From a virus, in the IMG/VR virus record IMGVR_UViG_3300028800_000061, positions 64,001-128,000 of that record: 64,000 bases of DNA. One strand, 5' to 3'. The stretch's first letter is position 1. Each line of letters begins with the position of its first letter. The notes beneath the pieces were generated by a model. It was not told where the DNA came from and did no database searches. It saw nothing but the letters and a program-made list of their open reading frames with translations. The position numbers and the translations under genes are program-made. Positions 36,949 through 47,291 of the stretch are shown in pieces.

Positions 36949-38196
36949 TCAGTAGTTGACGACCGCGTTTGTGACCTGCACGACCGCCGGTGAGTACCCG
37001 CCTGATGGGCCAGCGTTAGTGGTGTTAGCCACTGCCTGGACCGTCATGTTGTACCCGAAGGTCGTTTTCGAGTCCTCGATCTGGCCTGTGTCATACGCGG
37101 CGACTTGCGCGCTGATAACCACCTGGACCAGGTTCGCGCCGACCAGGCCGTTGGTTGTCGTGATGGCCAGTGTCGGCTGAGTGTTGTTCAGGTACTCAAG
37201 GAACGGCGACTCGTCAATAGCCGGGTCGTACATGAGCGAGAATGTCGCATCAAGCTCACCGCGTGGGATGGCGAACGGTGTCTGCTGCCCGGCGTTAGTG
37301 AACTTCGGGTCAACTTTCCGGATGAACGTTGATTTCCATTCCATGATGTTGTTCACCGGGGAGCCGCCGACACTGATTGTTGTCTGCCAGTCCGCGTACG
37401 GCTTCACGGTCGAAATAGTCGCAGTCGGGGGCGCCCCGGCCACCGCTGACGAGAACGATGTGGCTTTCCCGTCCCACATCAGCAGCGCTGTTGCGGTACC
37501 TGTGAATGACACTTCCGAGAAGCACGTGTACGCGTAAGCCCGTGCGCCCACTGATGCGGTGACCCCGGTGTAATCGGTGAACGTGTGCGTCGGTGGCTGC
37601 GCCGTCGACCAGCCACCTGCACCGAGCCCGTTGTTCAGCAGGGAGAAGTTGTGCACGTAGGTGGTGACCGCGCTGTACGGGGTGACCGCCGCTCCGGACA
37701 GGTGGTTCTGGTACAGGGGGCTGCTCAGCGTCACCGTGGTGGACACCACGTTGGTGACAGTCCGCACCTCCTCTGCGGTGGTCCCGAGGGCGCCGACCGC
37801 GATAGTGGTGCCGTTACTGATGCCAGTCGCCGACGTCACGGAGATGGTGGCCGCGCCGGCTGTGTAGCCGGAGGCGAGAGTGGTAGGGGTGGCGGAGGTG
37901 CCGTTAACAGCCTGCCAGTAATCCCCGAAAATGTTGACCAGTGGGTACCCGACACCGTCACCGAAAACCGGGGCTTCCATTTCGAGATCACCGATCTCAA
38001 CGCCCTGGATCAGGTTGTACAGCCCGGCCATGGCGTTCCGCCATGCGGTGTCTTTCAGGTAGGTGATGTTGTCTTTGGGTGTGAATTTGGTCAACGGCAT
38101 GGTTGCCGTGGGATCGACTGCGGTTCCCGGGGTGACCTCTTTCGCCACGCCGATAAACCTTCTGGTAACCGGGAAGACAGCACTTGCGGTGCTCAT
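36949..38196 (-). CDS. major tail tube protein with inserted domain
   Basis: FIGVAKEVTPGTAV.PT N-terminus; position directly upstream of the chaperone. Confidence 0.8.
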   Translation of the reverse strand: MSTASAVFPVTRRFIGVAKEVTPGTAVDPTATMPLTKFTPKDNITYLKDTAWRNAMAGLYNLIQGVEIGDLEMEAPVFGDGVGYPLVNIFGDYWQAVNGTSATPTTLASGYTAGAATISVTSATGISNGTTIAVGALGTTAEEVRTVTNVVSTTVTLSSPLYQNHLSGAAVTPYSAVTTYVHNFSLLNNGLGAGGWSTAQPPTHTFTDYTGVTASVGARAYAYTCFSEVSFTGTATALLMWDGKATSFSSAVAGAPPTATISTVKPYADWQTTISVGGSPVNNIMEWKSTFIRKVDPKFTNAGQQTPFAIPRGELDATFSLMYDPAIDESPFLEYLNNTQPTLAITTTNGLVGANLVQVVISAQVAAYDTGQIEDSKTTFGYNMTVQAVANTTNAGPSGGYSPAVVQVTNAVVNY

Positions 38197-38447
38197 GCCT
38201 GCGCCCCCTTCTTAGTGCGCGCCGTGGAAACGGCTGGCTCGGGGGCATGCTCGACAGGATCAGGGTCGGTTTCTGGATCTGGTGACCACCGGCCGTCAGC
38301 TGGCGGCACCGGCAATTCCTCGTTACCGGGAGCGGGTGCTATCTCGTACGCGTGGCCAGGTGACGCTTCCAACGGCCTCCCGGCGCCGGCATCCATGTAT
38401 TGCGTGTAAAACAAGTCAGTCGTGCCGAGGTACGGGTAACGCGCCAC
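38193..38447 (-). CDS. small phage protein
   Basis: GGAGG RBS; operonic overlap with the tail tube gene. Confidence 0.6.
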   Translation of the reverse strand: MARYPYLGTTDLFYTQYMDAGAGRPLEASPGHAYEIAPAPGNEELPVPPADGRWSPDPETDPDPVEHAPEPAVSTARTKKGAQA

Positions 38448-38468
38448 ACGCCTCCGGGTGGATGAAAG

Positions 38469-38990
38469 TCAGGACTGGAAATACTCAATGACGTTGATTG
38501 TGAGCCGGGCGTCGTACCGCAAGTACGCCTGATCGGCCAGGGTGTGCAGAACAGCGAACTCGTAACTCATTTCCTCGCCGATGCCGAGCAGCAGGGAGGA
38601 AATGACTCCGGTAACCGGATCGGTGATCAGCACCTCATCCGTGGATGGGCGCAGTGCGGCCATCACCGCATCCACAACAGCGGGGAAATTTGTGTCCGCT
38701 TGCGGATCGTCAGCAGCACCAACCCAGGCCAGGTACAGGTCAACTTTGTGGGTGATCTGCTTCCACCCGGGCGCGATCACGTTCGGGCCACCTGCCCGCG
38801 GTGGGGTCAGCCGTGTTTCCTCACCAGATCCGGGCCACAGGTACGCCTTCGGTGCGTCCAGGTCACCCGGATCCGGTGGCGTGATCACGCACTCAAGTGC
38901 GCCCTGCTGGCCAGGTTCGGCTGGCAGCGGCAAGCCGTTCAGCAGGCCGGTCAAATAGGTTTGGACGGAGTTCACCGGCACAGGCACCAC
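38469..38990 (-). CDS. putative tail terminator
   Basis: Size and position; FPAVVDAVMAALR. Confidence 0.6.
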   Translation of the reverse strand: MVPVPVNSVQTYLTGLLNGLPLPAEPGQQGALECVITPPDPGDLDAPKAYLWPGSGEETRLTPPRAGGPNVIAPGWKQITHKVDLYLAWVGAADDPQADTNFPAVVDAVMAALRPSTDEVLITDPVTGVISSLLLGIGEEMSYEFAVLHTLADQAYLRYDARLTINVIEYFQS

Positions 38991-39012
38991 CCCCTGCCGG
39001 GCGACCTCGCGC

Positions 39013-39972
39013 TCAGATGACCCGCCGGTACGGCTGGACCAGCGCCTGAGCTTCTTTCATGTACCAGCCAGGCGTGTTCACCGAACTGTCCCCGTGACCC
39101 GGTACGGCCTGGATGGTGGTGGCCGTCGCCCCGCGCACCAGGGCCTGGGAGACAGCGAACAGGATGGCCGCTTGGATGACGGACTGCGGCAGGGTGGTGG
39201 CCATCACCCCCACCGGGTGCTTGTAGGCCAGCGGTGAGGACAGGGTGAGCAGGCCGGGCCCGGACAGTGCGGTCGCGTTGGTGACGGTGAACGTCTCCTG
39301 CGCGCCGGGGTCGTGCAAGGTGCCGGTGGCGCCGGAGACCATCCCCGGCGGCGGTCCCCACCCAGTGCAGTCGTCCACTTGAAGGGTGACGTCATCCTCT
39401 GCGGCTGCAGCGGCAAGTGACCCGTGCGGCCACCCGTTGATGTAGGTGGTTTCGACTTGGTAGCCGCTCCGGCCGCCCCACCACCACGACGCGTACCCGG
39501 GTGCGAGAAGGACCGCCGAGCCGCCATCACCGGAACCGCCAGGGCTGGTGGTGCCGTACACCCCGATGACCGGTTTCTCGATCTTGTAACCGGTCGCGGG
39601 GATCGGGTTCCACTCGGCCGGGAATGTGACCGTCGCGGCTACCCGGCCGGAGAGCACCGCGGTTACCGGCGAGCGGGACAGCAGCAACCGTGCGATCCCG
39701 GGCCCGAACATCTGGAATCGCAGATCTCCTGGCCCGAACAAGGTCTCGGTGTCCACCGTTGCGCGCAGCGGCTGGTTGCAGAACCCGTCGATCATCGAGG
39801 TAGCCCGGCGGCACAAGTTCAACTGCTCATCGAATTGCTGCTGCTCGGTCGGCCTCGATCCGGCCCCCACGGTGTTCCACACCACACCTGTAGGGGCGGC
39901 GATCAGCATCGCCGGCAGTACGTACGGGGTGCCCGGGCTGGCTGGGACACCGGCCGGGTTGTACTCATTCAC
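39013..39972 (-). CDS. head-tail adaptor
   Basis: CRRATSMIDGFCNQPL..YINGWP..LPQSVIQA, SPP1 gp15/HK97 gp6-like. Confidence 0.7.
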   Translation of the reverse strand: MNEYNPAGVPASPGTPYVLPAMLIAAPTGVVWNTVGAGSRPTEQQQFDEQLNLCRRATSMIDGFCNQPLRATVDTETLFGPGDLRFQMFGPGIARLLLSRSPVTAVLSGRVAATVTFPAEWNPIPATGYKIEKPVIGVYGTTSPGGSGDGGSAVLLAPGYASWWWGGRSGYQVETTYINGWPHGSLAAAAAEDDVTLQVDDCTGWGPPPGMVSGATGTLHDPGAQETFTVTNATALSGPGLLTLSSPLAYKHPVGVMATTLPQSVIQAAILFAVSQALVRGATATTIQAVPGHGDSSVNTPGWYMKEAQALVQPYRRVI

Positions 39973-40303
39973 CGCGGGCCACAGCCAGGTCCTCGGCTGG
40001 CAGCACGAGGATCTTGAATCCCAGGCCCTGATGTTCGGCAATCTCAGTGGCCCGCTGCTGGTATTCCTGCACTTGCGCCGGGGTGCAATCCGGGGAAATC
40101 CGGACGATCAGCGTTTCGCCAGGAGCGACTACGGTGACGCACTCGCGCAGCAGATCCCGCATCTCATCTGGGGTCAGGGATGACACTGGCGGGAGCACCA
40201 TGAGCCGGTGCCTGTCCTGGGAAGCCATCTGCTCCTGAAACCGGTCACGCCACTCCTCTAGCTGCGGCTGAGTGAGCCGGGCGCCGTCATCCCAACTGTC
40301 CAT
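39965..40303 (-). CDS. hypothetical protein
   Basis: ATG with upstream AAGG; sits within the operon. Confidence 0.5.
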   Translation of the reverse strand: MDSWDDGARLTQPQLEEWRDRFQEQMASQDRHRLMVLPPVSSLTPDEMRDLLRECVTVVAPGETLIVRISPDCTPAQVQEYQQRATEIAEHQGLGFKILVLPAEDLAVARGE

Positions 40304-40308
40304 CCTTG

Positions 40309-40500
40309 TCACCGCCCTTGCTTGTGCTGGTCGCGGACGCATTTCGTGCACACCCATCCACCGGTGTCCGGGTCGCTGATCGCATGCTTGAGGCACACCA
40401 GGTCGCCGCACTCGCGGCAGTTGATGGATGCGTCGGATGGGTGGCGTTTAGGGCCGCCGCAGCGGGCACAGTGCGGCCGGCCGTGGCGGCGGGCTCTCAC
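40309..40500 (-). CDS. small zinc-finger protein
   Basis: CARC, CREC, CLKH, CTKC. Confidence 0.45.
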   Translation of the reverse strand: MRARRHGRPHCARCGGPKRHPSDASINCRECGDLVCLKHAISDPDTGGWVCTKCVRDQHKQGR

Positions 40501-40504
40501 CCGG

Positions 40505-41044
40505 TCAGAGCGGGCGGGACCGCGGCCGGCCCGGCTTACGCGCTGGCGCAGCCACAGCAGGCGCTGTTCCGGCCGGCTTGTCCTCTGCCACAGGCGTCTC
40601 GGACGGCCCGGACAAGGCCTTGAGCAGTTCGGCGCGCTCGCTGGCTGGCAGTGCTGCCAGTTGCGCCGCAATAGTGGATGCGGACAGCACAGGCGCCTCC
40701 ACTTGCTTCGGGGCCTGAACCATCTCGGCGAGCTTCGTGGAGAAGGTCCGCATGGCGGCCTTCTGCATCAGCTGGCCCTCCCGCTCAGCGATCTCCACTT
40801 CGGAATGCTCATCGGGAGTGAGCGGAACACCGGCCGGGGTGGCAGCCCATCCGTACGCGCCGCCGATCAGGATCGGCACGCAGGCTGGGCACCGGACCAC
40901 AGGGTGCCCGGTGTCGTCGATGGACACGGTGTGGCTGTCACCGCACCCACCGCGGTCTGGTGGCACGTTGACGGTGCCCGGGCCGACCCGCCCGTCCGGT
41001 GTGGGCGCCAGGTCGGACATCCCGTACGCGATGGTGCTGGTCAT
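40505..41044 (-). CDS. hypothetical phage protein
   Basis: GAGGAG RBS; GGCG..H..CPAC, PLTPDE. Confidence 0.6.
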   Translation of the reverse strand: MTSTIAYGMSDLAPTPDGRVGPGTVNVPPDRGGCGDSHTVSIDDTGHPVVRCPACVPILIGGAYGWAATPAGVPLTPDEHSEVEIAEREGQLMQKAAMRTFSTKLAEMVQAPKQVEAPVLSASTIAAQLAALPASERAELLKALSGPSETPVAEDKPAGTAPAVAAPARKPGRPRSRPL

Positions 41045-41322
41045 GTGTTCTCCTCGGTTGTTTCCGCCCCGCAGCGGGGGCACAGGAATGACCAGGCGTT
41101 CCATGTGCGCTTGCAGGGGATGCAGCGGCGGCCGCGCCTGGTGCCGAAAGCGAATTGGGGCCCGCCGCGCATCACGCCGGACTGGCCGTACCAGGACCGG
41201 TTGATGTACCGGGCGTCTTTCTCAGACACCTCGACTTGGCCGCCGGACCGGTCGGCGTCGTACTTGATGCCGTTGGCCATGTCGAGGCCTTTGCATCCGG
41301 TGGGCAGTTGCACAGTGGGCAC
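41041..41322 (-). CDS. zinc-ribbon phage protein
   Basis: CIPC..CPRCG. Confidence 0.6.
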   Translation of the reverse strand: MPTVQLPTGCKGLDMANGIKYDADRSGGQVEVSEKDARYINRSWYGQSGVMRGGPQFAFGTRRGRRCIPCKRTWNAWSFLCPRCGAETTEENT

Positions 41323-41325
41323 AGG

Positions 41326-41604
41326 TCACGCACCTGTCTGCAGCACGGATACGGCTGCGGTGCTGGATGCGGCGATCGCGTAAATCTGATCGCCGGAGAA
41401 CAGGTAGCCGGAGAATGTGCCGTTTGCGGCAACGGCGGCACCGTTGGATGCGGTGACTCCGGGTCCGCCCAGGTACACGACGATCGACCCGGAGCCGTTG
41501 GCGAAGTAGAACCAGCCCACAGGCCCGGGGGTCTGTGAGACCGGCGCCGCCGCTACCAGCACCGCGGTGCTGGCTCCGGCTGTGTACTGGGCGGACCCGG
41601 CCAT
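41326..41604 (-). CDS. putative head decoration/structural protein
   Basis: Small beta-rich protein, VYLGGPGVTASNG, downstream of the capsid. Confidence 0.6.
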   Translation of the reverse strand: MAGSAQYTAGASTAVLVAAAPVSQTPGPVGWFYFANGSGSIVVYLGGPGVTASNGAAVAANGTFSGYLFSGDQIYAIAASSTAAVSVLQTGA

Positions 41605-41605
41605 G

Positions 41606-42076
41606 TCAGCCGACCAGCCGGGCGACGACCGCTGCCGCGTACACCGATGAGGCGGTGGCGTTGGCGATCGCGGTGATGTTCACCGTGTCCGTGGCGGACA
41701 GGTTGAGGATGACCGGCCCGAACTTCACATCACCGCTCGCGCCTGTTGTGGAGATCAGGCCAAACGGGATGGGGCTCAACCTGGCGGTGCTGGTCTGGTT
41801 GAGTGCCGTGTTGTGCGAGTCGGCAGCGACTGTTGTCGTGCCCGATATGGCGACGCTGCCGGTGATCTCCCACAGTCCGGCTGTGCCAGGTGTGCAGGTG
41901 GCCACGACGGTCGCCGCAGTGGGCGCCGTCTGCTTACCTGCACCCTGAACGGTGAGCTGGCCATCTTTGTAGAACGTGACACCCTGGACGACAACACCGG
42001 GTGATGGCTGGATATAAGCCCCGCCGCCGAGTGTCTGCTCGCCCGCTGGGGTTGGGTTAGCGGTGAGGTTAGTCAC
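41606..42076 (-). CDS. putative head decoration protein
   Basis: AAGGAG RBS; T/A/G-rich; directly after the capsid. Confidence 0.6.
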   Translation of the reverse strand: MTNLTANPTPAGEQTLGGGAYIQPSPGVVVQGVTFYKDGQLTVQGAGKQTAPTAATVVATCTPGTAGLWEITGSVAISGTTTVAADSHNTALNQTSTARLSPIPFGLISTTGASGDVKFGPVILNLSATDTVNITAIANATASSVYAAAVVARLVG

Positions 42077-42116
42077 ATGCTCCTTAACCGGTAACTGATT
42101 GCTTTACGAACGGCGC

Positions 42117-42157
42117 GCGTGCGCCCGGCCAGGTGGTGAATCTGGCCGGGCGCACGC
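42117..42157. terminator. 16-bp inverted repeat after the capsid stop
   Basis: GCGTGCGCCCGGCCAG/CTGGCCGGGCGCACGC. Confidence 0.6.
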
Positions 42158-42164
42158 AGCTTTG

Positions 42165-44305
42165 TCAGGACCAGGTACCGGTCGCGCCGGAACGGTCAGA
42201 CTTCTGAATTCCCTGCAGAAGACCGCAGTAGAACGGGGCGTTCACGACGAGGCTTCCGAACAGGAACATGCTGTAACGGAACGAGGCGTCGATCACCGGC
42301 CACGAAATGCTCAGGTAATCCTGCACCGCGACGAATTCGACCACGTTGGAAACGTTGCTCCACGCGAAAGGCATCGTGTAAGACATCAGCATCGCTGTGC
42401 CTTGTGTCAGCCACGGGTGGACGACGACTTTCAGCGGGTTGCGGGTGATCGGGTTCTGGAACTCCGAGACGGCAGCACCCAGCCGAACTCCCGGCACCTC
42501 AGCCTGCTCAACGAACAGGCGGTAAGCGCCGTTAGCGGAGCTTGAGTTGATGATGTCGTTCGACAACCGCATCACATCGCCACCTTCGGCGATGATCTCA
42601 GCCGGGTCGGCCCTGTAAGCCCCGTAGGTGTTGCCCGTTCCGTCCCACAACTGCTGCAGGGCGTTGTTCAGCACCGAGGTTTTCAGAGTGTCACCGATGG
42701 TGTTCGAGAAGTAGCCGGCTTGCCAGTTCGACGGGTAAATCGCACCACCAGTGGTTGCGGAGTGCCCCGACAGAACAGACAGCAGGCCCTCTTGGTCGTT
42801 GCTTGACGACGTTCCCGAGTCCACCGTCGGCGCAACCGTTCCCGACACGGGCAGAGCGCCTTGCAGGGTGTAGTACTGGCCACCGACCTGCGTGACATCC
42901 AGGTAGTACGTTCCCGCGCTGGCCCCCGTGGTGACGTACAGGTTGTACCACTGGGCGCCCGCGACAGGGCTGATCTGGACATCCACAACCTGACCGGATG
43001 ACCATGCGACTGACCCGCCCGTGCTGGCCGCGGTCTCACCGAAGTAGGTGTTAGCCGTGACCTTCACGAACACGTTTGTCGTCACACCGGTCAGCGGGCT
43101 CTCACCGGAGTTCGCGGAACGCGCGGTGAGCGTCGGAGTTCCCGGAGTGGAAACAGCGATCGAAGTAGCCCCAATATGCGCGGCCTCTTCGTTCAACATG
43201 AATTCCTGCAACAGCAGGAGGTTGGCGAGCGCGGAAATGTCTTCGAAGCCTTGACCTGAGAACTGTGCGCATTGATTGTTACTCGCCGTAAATGGCGGGA
43301 CCGGTCATTTCTGCCGGTCTCTCACGGTTTACCATCCCGTGAGATCGGACTGTCTCATAACCTGCGGCCGGTACCCCGTAATGCCCCGGGGTGTCGTCCA
43401 TTGCACAGGTTCCGCACATACAGTCTCTACACGCCGGCGGGCATCGCCAGCGCTCGGGATTCCCCGTAGGTGGTGGGGTTCCCCGAACAGTGCAGTTTGC
43501 TCCGGCACCTCACGGCGCCGGGGGCCCGCTAGTTGAGCCAGGACAGGTTCTCAGACAGACCCCAGAACCGGTAAGGGATCTTGAGGTCAACTGCGTCCTG
43601 TGTGCCAGTGCCTGGCAGGTTGAGTGGCCAGTTGACACTGCCACTGTTACCGGAAATCGACCCCGATCCCTGAACAAGCTCGGGGATGGCCAGACGGACG
43701 AACTTGCCACCAGACGGGCCGGTTTGTGAACCGGAAACACCGGTGATGACTTTCCGCTGCCTTGCAACACCCTGGCCAGGTGTCCTGGCCAGCTTGTTGC
43801 GGATCGGCGAATACACCGGGTAGATGAGAGAGCTCGGTGCAACCAAGTCGAAGGGCACGAAGCCGGACGACAACGGCGACGTGAGCGTAATGCTCTTGCC
43901 GAGCGCGTCGGAAAGCTGGGTGTTCAGCTGGCCGACGAGCTGCTGCACTGCCTGGTTTTGCGGGCTGGCGGCCATGAATGCGCCGAACTGGCCAGCAAAT
44001 TCCGGGCTGAGGCCCTTAATGACCTCGGCTGGGCTTTCGATGCCCTTTTTGATCGCTGAGCGGAACGACAGTTCCGCTTTCATGCTCCGGCGGAAGATCT
44101 GGTCGTCATCGTCCAGTGGACGGTTACCACCAGGGCGGCAATAGCCGACACCCTTGACAAGGGTCGGCATCTTGTCACTCAGCATCAGGTCCGGTGAGTG
44201 GTAATTCTTTGCGTCAGCGTCGGCGTACCACGACGGGTTCGCGTCCGCGCGCTCCAGCGCAGCCTGGCCGGCTGTGCCGTAGGGAAGAACGTCAGTGCTT
44301 GTCAC
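42165..44305 (-). CDS. major capsid protein, two exons (44305-43536 and 43269-42165), 624 aa after splicing
   Basis: Follows the protease/scaffold gene; FDL.APS.LIYPVYSPIRN motif; spliced junction reads ENLSWL-AQFSGQGFEDISALANLLLLQEFMLNEE in frame. Confidence 0.88.
43270..43535 (-). ncRNA. group I self-splicing intron, no ORF, 266 nt
   Basis: P1 GGCU/GGCC with U-G pair; P2 with GUGA loop; P3 CUGCAC/GUGCGG; P4 UUCGGG/CCCGAG; P7 GACUG/CAGUC; P8; P9 stems; terminal G. Confidence 0.92.
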
Positions 44306-44338
44306 ACGCCTCCTGTGCGTGTCGTTACTACTTTTTGC

Positions 44339-47248
44339 TCAGTTAGGAGGGACTGATGCCGCTCCCAGCTTGTCGAGGACCGAGAGGGCCCTTTCCCGGG
44401 TTCCCGGGTCAGATGATTTGGCGCGGTCCTCGATGTAGGCGCGGTAAGACAGTTCCTCGATAGATGCGCGTGTGCGGGCTTTCTCGGCGGCTTCTTCCAC
44501 CAGGTTGCGGCGTTCCACGGGAACGGCCGGCGTGGTGGCTTGCCGGGCCAGTGCGCCCCTGACGGGGGCCATCGCTGGGTCGGGCTTAGAGCCGAGCTCG
44601 TCGACCTGCTTGCGCAGTTCAGTGATCTGGGTGTCGTAACGCTCGGCGAGCGGCGCGATCTGCTCGGCGAGAAGTGATTTCAGCACGTCCGCTGTCAGCC
44701 CTGGTGCCGCAGCCGGCTGGGTGACCGTTTCGGGTGCGGTGTGCGGGTTGCGGCGCTCGTACTTGGCAATGGCCTTCTTGAACGCCTTGGCCAGCTGCTC
44801 CTCAGTCAGCCCATCTGGGGCTTTCCCGACAGTGCTGATTCCTCCCTGCGCGGGTGGAGTGTGCGGTGTCGGGACATTCCTGGCACCAAGATCTGGTGGC
44901 AGGACACTCTTCGATGTGGCCATCGGGCACAGGTCAGGGAACGTCGCCGCGATGTGGTCGTGCATGCTCTGCAGCGCCACCCTGGCCTGCTCACGGGAAC
45001 TGTTGGAGTAGTAGGTGCGCGCCGCGCTCGGGCTCCCCGGTGCGACCCGGTTGTTGTCACCAGTGTTGGCCGGGCTTTCAGCTTCGTGCCCGGCCGTGAT
45101 CAGCGGCCGGTCGAACTGCTCCGGCTCCGGAGTGTGGTGGGATGGCGGGATGTTCGGTGAGCCACGATCTGTGGCGTCCTCCGACGCAGTGGGCCCGGAC
45201 AGGTACGGCCGTTGGAACTGGCCTGGCTTCACGCCATCACCCGGCTTGATGTGCTCAGTCGGGTACATGTCCTGGAAGGCCTTGTGCAGCAGCGCGCGGC
45301 CGTCCTCGACGGCGGCCGGGTGCATGCTTTTCACCGCTTGCGCGGCACCCACCAGGGCGGTCAGGCGGCCCGCTTCGGTGGTCTTGCCCGCGGCCGCGGC
45401 CGCGGCCGCCAGCTCACCAAACCACGACTCGTCGATGCCAGCGCCGATCGCTTTCAACGACGGGTAGCTGTCCATGACGGCCTGCGTGTCGAAGGCCGCG
45501 CAGGCCATGTCGTGCATCCGGCCGACCGTGTACGGCGCATCAGTTTTGACTGAGGACGGCACCTTGTCCGGTGTCCGGTCCGGGTCGGTTGGCAGGCCAG
45601 CATCCGGCTCGAACTGCTCGACGGTGGATGTGCCATCCGGCTCGCGGTGCTCACCGACTGGCTTGGTGTCACCTGGCAACGGCCGGCGTGCGGCTTTCTC
45701 CGTGCCCGCCTGGGCGAGGATCTCGTCGGCGGCAGCCTGGGAGATCATGCCCATCTCAACGGACTTGGCCAGGGTTGCGGTGAGCGCTTCCACTGCGGCA
45801 CGCTTCGCTGCTTTGCCCATGCCGGGGAGCTTCTTGCCGCATCCGCCGCAGAACTTGGCATCGGTGTCGGCGTGGTAGTTCTTGCCGCATCCCTTGCAGG
45901 TGCGCCCGCCGGTCTTCGCTGTGTCCGCCTCGACCGGGGTGGTGCCGGTGTCCGCGGTGTCCTTCGCTGCGGCCTTGCCGGAGCCTTTGCAATCCGGGCA
46001 GTCCATCTTGCCGCCACGGATCTTCCCGTCACCCTTGCAGGTGCCGCATTTCATCCCGGAAGCATCAGGGTCACCGTCGCTAGATGGCGCCCCATTCGCT
46101 TTCACCAGGTCGAGATCGCTGTCGATCTCGCCGGCTCCGCTGGCCTTCCACGTGTCGGGGATCTTGTCTTCCATCCCGAGCGCAGATGCGCGGCGTTTGA
46201 TGTGCGAGCGGGCCGCAGCCGGGTCCTTGGCGTTGCCGGCCAGGTGAATGGCGTTATCCAGGTCCTCCCCGTTCTTGATCGGGAACGATCCGTCGGGCAT
46301 CGCTGCACCCGTGTCCGCTGCGGCGTCACGCTGCGACTGAGTGAAGTCGCGCTTCGCCAGCCACCGCTCGGCGCCGTCGCGGTCACCGCCGAGACCTTCG
46401 GCGTTGCCCTCGGCGTGCCAGCGCATCCAGTCGGCGCGCTTGGCCAGGTACTCGGTACCGCCGGCGATGCCCTTGACTGATGGCTCCCGCGAGAGCCACT
46501 GGCGGCGGGCGGCCTTATATGCGGTGCGGGTTGGCTCATCGGCTTTGGCGACGGCATCAGCGTCGTCATCGTCCGGGTCGTCAGTGCTGGCGTCCTCGCC
46601 GGCGGCGGGCAGGTTTGGTGGCGGCTCCTCTGCGTCCTCACCGCCGTCCGGGTTCTGCCCTTGATCGGCGGGAACAGGGCCGGCTTTGGTCAGCAGGTCC
46701 TCCGTGTCGGCCGACTCGTACTCACCGAACATTTCCCCGACCAGCTCCATGGATCCGCCGTCGGCCGACTTGGCCAGGACCAGCCCGCAGTTTTTGTTAG
46801 CGGGCCTGTCAACAAGTGACAGCTCAGCCAGTTCGCCGCCGTTGATGATCCCACCGCGGGCTTTCCCGCTCGGATCACGGGAAATGACCGGCCGGGCGAC
46901 ACCGATGCTGTACGCGGTGAGGACACCTTTTTCCACCAGCCGCTTTGCGACCGGCTCGACTACGAGCGATTTGACGTAATGCCCGCCGTCGCCGTCCCGG
47001 TCGATTTCGATGGACAGCGCCTTGCCGGCGGGGTCGCGGCGGGACTGGTGCTGAACCCTGACGTTGCCGCCAGTGTCCCGCCACTCCTGCAGCGCTTTCG
47101 CCGACCAGACCGGGTCGACGATCTGCTCGTCAGTGTCAACGCTGCCGTCCGTGGCCTTGCCGTACACGACAAGGTCCCCGTCAGCGTCCTTCACGAATTT
47201 GACAATTGGGAAGCTGACATAGGTCAGTTCGGAAACGGCTGTTGCCAC
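44339..47248 (-). CDS. prohead protease/scaffold multidomain protein
   Basis: N-terminal HK97-like protease (VRVQH, AYSIG, ELSLVDRPAN), AMPDGSFPI..AI domain, CxxC zinc fingers, C-terminal coiled coil. Confidence 0.85.
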   Translation of the reverse strand: MATAVSELTYVSFPIVKFVKDADGDLVVYGKATDGSVDTDEQIVDPVWSAKALQEWRDTGGNVRVQHQSRRDPAGKALSIEIDRDGDGGHYVKSLVVEPVAKRLVEKGVLTAYSIGVARPVISRDPSGKARGGIINGGELAELSLVDRPANKNCGLVLAKSADGGSMELVGEMFGEYESADTEDLLTKAGPVPADQGQNPDGGEDAEEPPPNLPAAGEDASTDDPDDDDADAVAKADEPTRTAYKAARRQWLSREPSVKGIAGGTEYLAKRADWMRWHAEGNAEGLGGDRDGAERWLAKRDFTQSQRDAAADTGAAMPDGSFPIKNGEDLDNAIHLAGNAKDPAAARSHIKRRASALGMEDKIPDTWKASGAGEIDSDLDLVKANGAPSSDGDPDASGMKCGTCKGDGKIRGGKMDCPDCKGSGKAAAKDTADTGTTPVEADTAKTGGRTCKGCGKNYHADTDAKFCGGCGKKLPGMGKAAKRAAVEALTATLAKSVEMGMISQAAADEILAQAGTEKAARRPLPGDTKPVGEHREPDGTSTVEQFEPDAGLPTDPDRTPDKVPSSVKTDAPYTVGRMHDMACAAFDTQAVMDSYPSLKAIGAGIDESWFGELAAAAAAAGKTTEAGRLTALVGAAQAVKSMHPAAVEDGRALLHKAFQDMYPTEHIKPGDGVKPGQFQRPYLSGPTASEDATDRGSPNIPPSHHTPEPEQFDRPLITAGHEAESPANTGDNNRVAPGSPSAARTYYSNSSREQARVALQSMHDHIAATFPDLCPMATSKSVLPPDLGARNVPTPHTPPAQGGISTVGKAPDGLTEEQLAKAFKKAIAKYERRNPHTAPETVTQPAAAPGLTADVLKSLLAEQIAPLAERYDTQITELRKQVDELGSKPDPAMAPVRGALARQATTPAVPVERRNLVEEAAEKARTRASIEELSYRAYIEDRAKSSDPGTRERALSVLDKLGAASVPPN

Positions 47249-47291
47249 ATGCCTCCACGGCCGGGGTGCTGGATTAGTTCTGGGGTTGATG

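Noticed and set aside
42165-44305. Capsid as a pseudogene or two separate genes
   Set aside because: The gap has a full group I intron structure and precise removal restores the frame
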